62,016 nucleotides of DNA from Cirrosporium novae-zelandiae (Eukaryota). Location: contig JAPETS010000048.1 in NCBI GenBank assembly GCA_026023565.1, positions 124,001-186,016 on the forward strand, read 5' to 3'. A program made the translations under genes and the position numbers. Below, piece after piece: positions 52,563-62,016 of this stretch. The notes under the pieces were generated by a model. That model saw only the letters and a list, made by a program, of their open reading frames with translations. It was not told where the DNA came from and did no database searches. How positions within the stretch are numbered: the first letter of the stretch is position 1; each line of letters opens with the position of its first letter.

Positions 52563-53331
52563 TTATTCACACATCCAATCTGCTGTAGCATTATCTGCAA
52601 TAGCCATATGATACTCGTTATCATCTAACCATTTCTCTACGGCATATGTAATCGCATAATTCGAGTAAAATTTATTCAGGGTGCTATTGAGGTCTGCAAG
52701 GTGATAATCAGTTGGATATGTCAATCATGATCTCTGTCGACGTAACTTACCACTTAAAAACATGGGACCTGACGGTTGGAGTGAAAATCGAGATGAATGC
52801 TCGCGAAAAAGAATGAGCGAACTAGGTATGAGAGTTCCTACAAATGCATAAGCTTTACATCGCGAGACTCGGGTAACTGCGTCCTAACCTCTTGGAATAC
52901 GAAAAATAAGAGGGTCCATAAAAGGGTGACCGTTTTCAAGATCCTCAGTATGCTGATCAAAAGATGTCCGTGTTAATTCTTGCATCATGAAGGTGTTCGG
53001 CATAAACGTAGCTCCATTCGAAACTGCGAACGCATCTTAATAAAAACCGGAAGAGATTGGGAGGTGTGGGACACGAACATGGAATATCTTTCGACACTCT
53101 AGGATAGATCAATCCATCTTTTGACACCAGCAAACCATCATCAGGATCACCGTTATCTTTTATCTGAAAATCAAAGAGTCCAGAACAACGTTGGGGTTGG
53201 AATCGAAACAACGTTGCCGGGAAACTAGAATGGACCGAAACAATCGAGAAGCTTTGTTGGGTTTTGAGGCTGTTACCAATTGTATGGAAGTCGCGAGACC
53301 AAATAAATGGGCGACAAATGCTTCTAAACAT
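52563..53331 (-). CDS. Divergent Tse2-like ADP-ribosyltransferase-fold protein (paralog B, 201 aa)
   Basis: Exons 53331-53079, 53023-52889, 52837-52751 and 52693-52563 give 606 nt with no internal stop: ...SSFPATLFRFQ...FSNGATFMPNT...IFRIPRGTLIPSSLILFREHSSRFSLQP...DLNSTLNKFY...KWL. Confidence 0.8.
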
Positions 53332-54225
53332 TGTATAAATTCGATATTGCCCCTTCGGTGAGAGGTAGTGCTATCAAGAATTTTCATCTCAAATAAGATG
53401 CTAGAAGCTTTAAAGCCTATTGTGAAAGAGTTACCAGTTCTTGGCTGCCTGAGGCACCGAATAAGGGCAAACCTCTATTCGGAAGGCTCTAGGTAAGCGA
53501 GAGCTGGGAACAGCACACCGGCACCTCGGAATTAGTTTCTTATCTATTTGCGTGCTAGTCCTGGACATGGGGTACAGCTGCCTATCTATATAGGTAGCTG
53601 TACGCCCTGATAGACATAGAAGAATGGCAGACTTCTTTACTCCCTTAATTCTTTTATTTTGTTTGGTTGATTGGTTTGTTTATTCTAAGAATTATATGTT
53701 TATTTATTTGTCCAGGTCCTACATACGATACCGTTCCTATAGCTGACCCAGGCCCCTTATATCCTATACCCACAGCTCTATCTAAATGCTCAACCTTGGT
53801 ACTCTTTCACACTATATAGAAGGTCAGTAGCCCAGATTTTTGCGTTGGGTGCCAGAATAGAGGTAGAAGTACTAGGATATCAATTAAGCGAGCAGACCCT
53901 AGCCCCGTTACCTAGCAAGACCAGAAAGACCACACTAGCAATTAGAGTTTACTTTTCCCAGCCACCCTGCGCTACTATCCAGCACATAAGTTTTTATGTC
54001 AATTTACTCCTCTCTCAGATCGCTGGTACAGAATCTGCAACGGGAAGCTAATGAACAAATTGATACTAACTGCTAGTTACAAAAGAGTATGTTGAATACT
54101 CAGGCTTACTGACAATGCGCACAACCAAGCTAATGAGCCATGCACAGAAAAGAAGGTAAAGAATATGAATAAGCAATGTCAGTGAGTCTTTATGTCCCGC
54201 CATAGACAATGCATTCATTGGCCAC

Positions 54226-54852
54226 TTATGCCGTTTCAGTCGGCTCTGGGTAACTTTCAAGCCATTGCTCCTTCGTCAAACGCTTTCCATATGTAGATAG
54301 GAAGTTGTTGATATTTGCATTCAGCTCTATTATCCTCAGTAAGTTTAAGCATATAGTAAGGTAAAAATCCTATTAAGTGCTAAGCGTACCTTCCAAATTC
54401 ATTTCCTTTGCTGCTTGTAGAGAATAGTGATCATTAAATTCGTGTACAAGTATTAGATCACTTGGGATCGGCGTCCCTAAATCTGTTCAGGAAAGATTAT
54501 GAAATATCTTGGAGTGTGTGACAGACCTTGGGGAAGAGAATAGATAACCACCTCACTCCCTTTGAAAGATCTGACAAGCTGGTTCTGAAATGGAGTGTTC
54601 GGACGCATTGAGGCGCCATTTGGGGCTAGAATCTATTGGATACTTTTTTTCGCCGAGATACAATACAATTCAGTTCTTACCTGCATATGTATTTGGATTT
54701 AGAGCTTTCGGCTTGACTTTACCAGCTTCGGTCAAAAGATCGTAACTGCCAGTTTTTTTCACGGTGCGGTCACGAAGAGATATATTTGGGCCATTGTTCA
54801 AGCGAAACAACTCTTTTGGGATAACCGTAAAACTTCTGATGAACTTCGACAT
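54226..54852 (-). CDS. Tse2-like ADP-ribosyltransferase toxin-domain protein (paralog A, 152 aa)
   Basis: Exons 54852-54681, 54625-54527, 54476-54390 and 54326-54226 give 459 nt with no internal stop: MSKFIRSFTVIPKELFRLN...APNGASMRPNT...IYSLPQGTPIPSDLILVHEFNDHYSLQA...ELNANINNFL...QWL. Confidence 0.85.
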
Positions 54853-56530
54853 CTTTGTATTAATAGGGAAAACGTGCGTGAGGTTGTGTTGTTGTGGTGA
54901 CTAAAGGGTCGTTCTCATTTTGTGAGACTTATGTATATAACCAGACGAGGCTCAAGAGGCTTCAACTAGTGCAGCAAGCGAGAATTAAATATCTATAAAC
55001 CAGCTCCCGAAATTTTTCCTTAATCAGGCTTACATTCATGGAAGCCGTATGCATAGCCATTACGATCACTGCCCCTCATTGTAAAGAGATAGACTTTCGT
55101 AGTAACAGTACTAAAAAATTTCATCCGCACGAACTGCAGGCGCATGTCCTGCGTTTTCTCACAGCATGCAATAGATATTTTTTGTATGGGTGTGATGCCG
55201 AACCGGAACCCACGAGGTTTGGAATAGCTAATTAGAAATCTAAATTCCGTCCTTGGCCCTTCTCCAGCACCCCACCAGATTTCTTGTTGTAACTCGGTCA
55301 AAAATAATGATTTCGAGCCTCTCCATACTAATAAAACCAAAGACGTCTCAATGATGAGCTGTGGCTTTTCCCTTTTACTTGTTCTGGCAACGGACACCGA
55401 TACTTTGACAGAAGACGCCAGGATTCTTTATCTAGAGAATAGGAGTCTTTCCGCTGTCAGTTTCCTCAATCATGTTGCTTGTTTACTAAATTCCAGCTTG
55501 TAGTGCGTTAAGATCTTCGTGATAGAATGAACTAATCTTGGCTCTCTGGCGATTAGTGCACCTAACGTGATAAAGCAGGTCAAGATCATTCCAAGTGTGC
55601 AAACACGATTTCCCTCGTCTACTTATGCATCATGCGAAGAACCACGAAGATTCATAGGCGGCAGAGCCTTGCAGATGCTGCCACCAACTAAGTAGTAATC
55701 ATTCCGTGATGGCCTAACCACACCTGAAGTCTACCTATCGCTTTCCACTAAGGGTTGTATCTCAAGGGCTATATTGCATAAAAAAAACAGTTACATATTA
55801 AGATCTAAGATTCTATTACACTCGTTCAGATCACATCTTTTGTCTCAGAGGAAGGGAAGATGGACCGTGGCTCTTGGACCTTCTCGCACACAATCCTCAG
55901 GAAGGGTTGATATTCCAACTTTAGCATGAATATCAGAAAGTCAAATAATCTTAATATCTTCATCATACCAATATAATACATGTATAGATTACATCCAAGA
56001 CCAAACGATTCCACTACTATATTCTGACATTTCATGACTGTATGTGGTTCTATTGAATAACAGTGCTTACATCATAAGAGGATCAATTATTAAACTATAC
56101 AATGAAGAGGCTACAGAAAACTATATATCGATAGAAATATTATTAGTTATCAAATATTTTTTTATAATTAGCGATACAATTTACTCAAGATTCATTTGAG
56201 GACCTCCACTTATTAAACAAAATCTAAAGTCGTAAAACTTTTAGATCGGCTTAGGCGCCAATACCATTGAAAGTATATAGAATACTCGAATAGGTTGGTA
56301 ATAATAACACAAATATCAAGATTTTTAAAAACAAAAGCAGTTCTTGAACGACTGTTTAGCTAAACTACTCTACTTTGAGATCAAATATCACGTGCCGTCT
56401 AACCGAGCTTCCCGATAGAAAAGGCTTATCGCCTGATTACGTGTAGGGAATTTTGTTGCTTGTTTGGCCCCTCCTTGCCCCACGATCAAGGACTCCCAAC
56501 TTCAGTGAAAGCATACAGGCATCGATTATT

Positions 56531-57147
56531 ATGGCATCCACCAATCTGGGCAATCTCCATCGTATCGCCGTCATTGATATTCCAGACCCCTTTCGTGAAG
56601 AATACTCGATCCTTGTCCAGAGCGCCGCTAGAATGGCTGAAGACTGTATACGAGAAGGTCGTGCTCAGAAAGAAGCGGAAAACTGTTTGATCCTGCCAGG
56701 AAATGCTGTCTATACTCGACTGGTATGGAACTTAGTGAAATATCATCTACCAAACGTAAGAATCAAGTAGCAAATACCGGCAAATACTAACGACTAGAAT
56801 AGCATCTCAAAGACTTTCTTCCTGATCCCATCAATCTGCAGGAAGTGGAACGTGTTCGATCCCAGATATTTAGCTACCAGCGTGGCACTTTCCGTTTTGA
56901 GAAGTTTTATGCCCTCGTTTTAATACCCTTGGTGGGTTTTGCTTCTATGTATATAATGCCGAGGCTACCAAATGGAGAGAAAGAGATGATTGATTGGAAA
57001 CCAGGGCATATTATTATCATATGTGGACCTTGTGATCTCTATATTTCTGAAAAGAACGGGAAGGATGAATCCAAAAATGGTGAATGCACACTTATAGTAA
57101 TGTGCTATGAGGAACGGCTTAAGGCGCAGGAAACTATACAAGAATGA
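56531..57147 (+). CDS. Hypothetical protein, 189 aa, two exons, beta-rich C-terminal half
   Basis: ATG 56531; intron 56756-56802 (GTAAGA...ACTAAC...TAG) joins ORFs 56453 and 56845 in frame. Confidence 0.7.
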
Positions 57148-57465
57148 TCATATTGGTAGGAAAGCTTTCAGCCAGGTCCAACTATCGGTAGCAATTGCAT
57201 TCCACCTCCCATATAAAGCAAAAATATATCCAGTTAAAATTTAGCACTCAAAAGTATCTGAATATACCTTTCTATTGTTCTCGTACGTTGCGCTCAGTCT
57301 AAACAATTAATAACGCTGCTCCATTGACGCATTTATTGATTATAATAGGATTGGAGCGGAAACTCTCCCACTTTTAACTGTATGTGTAGAGCACAACTTA
57401 ATGAAAACTAGACGTATATTTATGATATGTTGTTAGAATCAAAACCTCCATCACAAATTTTAGGT

Positions 57466-59273
57466 CTAAGCTAATGGCACCAATTGGTTGACATTGGAAA
57501 AAGGAGGTATACAGAACTCATCCATAGGTAGAAAATCATTGGTTGGAGGGGTATAGAGGGTGTCTTCAGGAATGAGACCATCCATGGACAGAGGAATATC
57601 TGGAGGGTCGACGAAAGAAATTCCCGAAAAGTCAGTAGGCTGAGATGGCATATACCCATCCATAGGTTGAAAAGAGGTGACGTTCTCAGGAATAAAGCCA
57701 TCCACAGATAAAGGAATATCTAGAGGATCAACGAAAGAAATTTCAGAAAAGTCAGTAGGCTGAGATGGCATATACTCATCCATAGCTAGCAAAGGATTGG
57801 ACGGGGAATCATAAGCCACCTCATCATCTGAATTTACGAGAAAACCTTGACTGGTAGGTCCCCTCGTATCGTTATTGCCCTCTGAAAATCGGTGGATCGG
57901 ATGGGACCTTTCGTTCGATGTTCTCGCTGTCATGAAGAGATCTGGCTCGCTAGGTACATAATGACGACGTTTAGCAGTTCCTATGTCGTTCGCATCCTGA
58001 GGTCTTTTCCGCTGATACTCTTGCCGATCCCTTTGCGAAACACTCTTTAATGCCTCACTTGATATCAGGGGTTCAATTGTACCCAGAGCCAGTTGTTTAA
58101 AATCCACATGCTTTCCCAATACCCCCATCAACACACTTTTCCGCCTAGCAAGCTCAGGATATGACCACCCATACGCGGCCAGCCCACGGAGGATTGTTTT
58201 TGAAGCGACCAGGTTAAGTTTATCAGCACATTTGTCACTGACGGGAAGATACTGTTCCCGAAACTGGAGAAGGAGGTTCACATCATCTATAGTTAGATGG
58301 TTTTCCCAACTGAGCAATAATTTCAATTAGTTTTTGCTGGTATGTATTTGGAAAAACTTACAGATTGGAAATATCAGTGCCCTGTCCAAGTTCAAGTAAA
58401 GAACGTGGGCCACCATTTTGTATTAACCGAATATAGTTTCTGCTTCTTTTATCTCTCGCCCTCACCAGATCTGCTGTCAAAGAAAGAATCTGAGCTATTT
58501 TATTATATGCCGCAGTTTTTCGTCCTTGTCCTTGAGCAAGAATCAGGTGGCGTGAGAGGGCCATTTGTTCCACTTCATATGCTATGAAGATAGATGTGAA
58601 ACGACCTGCACATTGATATTCAGTGCTTCGGTCTGAAATATTCTGATCACCTTGAAACAATCGAGGTATTCGCACAGAATCGGTGCTGTCGTTGGGACTG
58701 GGTTCAGATTCATTCTGATTAAATATGCTTGTCGTTTTCGTAGCCCATAACTGTTCATAGCATGATAGTTCAAGTTGTTCTGCTTTGCTGAAGCCATCAG
58801 CAGCCTGAACCAAACGATTTACTCGCTTCAAATTATTTTCATCTGTTCCAACAAGATTTTCAAAATAAGTTCTTAAACTTGACTTTGGATATAGAAGAGG
58901 CGCAGATGAAGATAATGATAGAGAAGGGGATTCGGATGGATAAGGCTGCACTGGAGGAGACGAAGGAGGTTGAGAAGGTAGAGGAAGTAGAGGAGATTTG
59001 GATGGACAAGGCTGCACTGGAGGAGACGGAGGAGGTTGAGAAGGTTGAGAAGGTAGAGAGGGAGGTCTATGTTTCTGAGGGACGAGTTGAGAACAATCCT
59101 CTATTGTTCCTCGTTCAAAAAACCGAATAAAACATAAACGCAATGACTATAATTTGATTAGCAGTATGTTCTCTTGAAGGCTTATATTTTTTTGCAACCT
59201 CTGATTTAAGGACGGACGACGGAGAAAAAGAGTTCAATGCCCAAATCAACGCCTTTTCGACGTTATCGTTCAT
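57466..59273 (-). CDS. Hypothetical protein, ~567 aa, three exons, with internal repeats
   Basis: Exons 59273-59199, 59146-58362 and 58309-57466 splice in frame. Pro/Ser repeat block, helical core, KRR NLS-like motifs and a duplicated acidic C-terminal unit. Confidence 0.72.
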
Positions 59274-59348
59274 GTTGGCTATCTTCAGATGCAAAGAAGG
59301 TCAGTAGTGGTTGTATGACGAGGCGAGACGAGACTCTAATTACTATGG

Positions 59349-59389
59349 TCACGTGGTTTAGAGTCTCTGGGAGACTTTAAACCACGTGA
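59349..59389. promoter_or_regulatory. 41-bp inverted repeat carrying two CACGTG E-boxes
   Basis: TCACGTGGTTTAGAGTCTC-TGG-GAGACTTTAAACCACGTGA: 19-bp arms with one mismatch, ~75 bp upstream of the 59273 ATG. Confidence 0.6.
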
Positions 59390-59858
59390 TACATATACTA
59401 ATATCATTTGAACCTGTCTTAATTATTATTATTTTTTACGAGGATTTGATTAGTTCATAGTGGCGTTCCAGCCGAGATACTCAACAGCGGCATAGTCGTT
59501 ATTTTCTGTTTTCCATTGCGCTTCCCCACTGGTAGGACATCATGGTGGGTCAGATTCTCGATTCCGATTTCAATAAGCTAAGTGAAAGATGATGGACCCG
59601 TTTCGAACAATACTCTACCCGGGGATCTTTGTTAATGTTCAAGACCAACTAGAATCTAGTTGAGATCTCAAGTTAGCAATGGCCTATTGCGTTGATTACA
59701 ATTATATATATGCAAGCTTTGAACAGCAAGGCTGCCATTCACTACTTCTCTTCAGATTGGCTGTATTGCCCGGTTTCTGTGTGTTTCCCACTCCTTTCTG
59801 TCTTCTTTTCCCGTCGTTCACCGCACTCTCATATTTTGGTAGAGAGCTCTAGAACGGC

Positions 59859-60628
59859 ATGCCTTCCATAAGCCACACTCCTTTGATTATCCTCTTATGC
59901 ACCTGCATCCTCCTAGTCGGTGCTGTACAACCGCAGCATCAACTGCAGCGACAACGCCGAATGCTAGAATGCTTGTTGTGCATAATCCTCGTTCTTGGTG
60001 CTATTGGATTGATCGTCTTGAGTGAATTACTACTTGGGAAGAACGGAAATGGCAAGGCAATTCCTTTCCTATGGTGATAACCTTCTAATTGGATAGACTA
60101 TGAAAGGATTCAACGTGGTTACTCTTTGCTGTTGCTGCTTTATGCACCATTCCTATTAATCTATGAAGTATGGAATTCCCTCACCACTGGTGATAATCCA
60201 CTAAGCCTGATAATTCGAAAGGTTAAAATGTTTTCGGATATCACTTACCAATCCCTCAACAAAAAACTGTTAGCCGTTTTCATATTATTAGGTCTAATGG
60301 TCCTTCTTGAGGTTATTTCTTTCGGGTACGTTCATCCGAATCACTCTAATCATGAATGATACTTACCATATGCAGTATTGCATTTATCCAACTAAGGATC
60401 GCTTTCATAATGACGGTCCTTGTTGATTGCAGTGCATATACCTCCACTAGCATTGGGTATTTTCTGGTTTCTTTGAAGCTTTCTTCCCAAAATCATGGTG
60501 CCCTTTCAGTATATCGATGGAGCGCCTGTCTATGTCTGCTAGTGGCTTGTCTGTCAGGAATGTTTTTAGGGTTATGGTGGGGAGGCCAAATCGATGGTGG
60601 AATACGGTCTTCTCTTTTGGTGAGCTAG
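59859..60628 (+). other. Run of short hydrophobic ORFs; possible fragmented or multi-exon multi-pass membrane protein gene
   Basis: Three consecutive same-strand ORFs (59859, 60126, 60356), each with about two hydrophobic helices. No clean splice model found. Confidence 0.35.
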
Positions 60629-61109
60629 AGACCAGATCGGCGATCCGAATAGAATACTCAAACTGTTATTATAGATCCTCCTCATATGCGCTAGTATATG
60701 TGCCGCTCGCTGGCCGTTTTACAAACTCAAGGCGAAAACAAAGAAAAATGATGTCTTCAATTTTTGGTGCAAGGGATTGCCAACATCACAAAGACTTGAT
60801 GATGAGGCGGAATTAGTTAAATTAGAAAGTGTTGGTGACTCCAACGTGGTTTTTGTCTAGAAGCGAAGGTCCACAATCCAGATCAAATATCTTGGAGCAC
60901 ATTGGGACCGATGTATTTCAGTGGTCCATAAATCAGAGCCCAAATTTCATCTTTATTCTCTGACCCCATTCACCAAGGAGACTCGTGGTTCAAATTTAGT
61001 GGAAAATTCTAATATCGCATGTTTTCTACAACCTTTCTATTCTCTAGTGTTTTCTTCGATTATCTGATATTCTGTGTGCAAGATCATCTATTCTTGTGAA
61101 TTTACATAC

Positions 61110-61551
61110 TCAGTTCCTAAATTCCAACACGCGGACTGTACCAATCGTTTGGCAAACCAATGTTTTCTTCCCGTAGAACAATGCTGCCTCAACGGTAATA
61201 AGGCCCACTTTCAATAGTTTGAACCATGCTGTTACCTGTCGACCTCCATTCGCGTTTGGATCAATACTATCACATCGTTTCTTTGACTCAGACTTTCCCT
61301 TTGGTGATATTTTAATCCAGAAGTCCGCTACATCTTCATTATCCTTAAAGCCCGAAACACCGATGGTGACCTCGACTTCTTTTCCAACGGTAATTTCCTC
61401 GGGTAAGTTGATTGCGTATAGCGTGGGGCCTGTAGGAATTTGGGCAAGTGGGCGCTGGGGCTGTGGAAAACCTAGCAGGGCACGTCTTAAGGTGGGTGAC
61501 AGCACACGCCTTGGACAGCGTTTGAACTTATCTGCAAGTGTAAGTGGATGC
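61110..61551 (-). CDS. Hypothetical small beta-rich (Ig-like?) protein; last exon only, 5' end unresolved
   Basis: Open frame with alternating hydrophobic strands (EITVGKEVEVTIGV, FWIKIS, ITVEAALF, TVRV); candidate splice acceptor near 61552. Confidence 0.45.
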
Positions 61552-62016
61552 TAAAGAAGCTTTCAAAACCATTCATACCAGAAGACCCAAGATTGAGAGA
61601 TACCATCGTTGGTTTATGAGCTATATCAATATGTATTCTATCGAAGTAGAACAATGTCTTCACTTTTGTAGCACCATTTTATAATTTCAGACCCTGATAT
61701 CAATTGCTATCTCAATCTCCCAGAAACTACAGCCGAGCTGGGCTTCCACTTGCTTCTTTGGAGCTGATATCTCCTATGATCTTCCTCCTTTCACTATCCG
61801 AGATTGTTAGTCCGAATATATGATTGTGTCTTCTATCTAGAGAAGCTTAGATATTATCATGTTGAGTTATGCCCGAGATTTTGATTAACATTTCCCATGC
61901 CCCTACAAGCCATTGTTAATCTTTCTTTGATGCCTCCTCACATGTGGTCTCCTGTAATCAAGTCTTTCCATGGCCTGGACCTAATATTTTCGACAACGCA
62001 ATAATCAGACCGGTCT

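Noticed and set aside
55020..55560. ORFs upstream of Tse2-like paralog A as a third module gene
   Set aside because: Non-ATG or short ORFs with no motif or splice support; possibly a relic but not supportable from the sequence.

Overview
Intron-containing filamentous ascomycete (Pezizomycotina) genomic DNA in two compartments. Positions 1 to ~46,270 are core-like chromosome with microsatellite-rich spacers: NCL1/TRM4 (runs off the left edge), a large CorA-like membrane protein gene, a full-length ABCG/PDR transporter, a PARP-like + E2 fusion, a COG7-like protein, a PLOD-type glycosyltransferase-like protein, RPC17, VMA6, NOP58, SDS3-like, a secreted aldose 1-epimerase and a hypothetical gene. 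From ~46,300 to the right edge lies an accessory-looking block with almost no microsatellites and no housekeeping genes: two inverted copies of a 253-bp solo LTR, an atypical kinase, a Cys/His microprotein, a Myb/SANT gene or relic, several unknown genes, and two tandem 4-exon genes that the ORF track shows only in fragments. Spliced by hand, these two give intact paralogous Tse2-like ADP-ribosyltransferase-fold proteins with matching intron positions. One keeps the putative R/S/H active-site residues; the other has them altered and has a mitochondrial-presequence-like extension, so the pair is a candidate toxin/antidote module. All family calls rest on motif recognition, not database searches.
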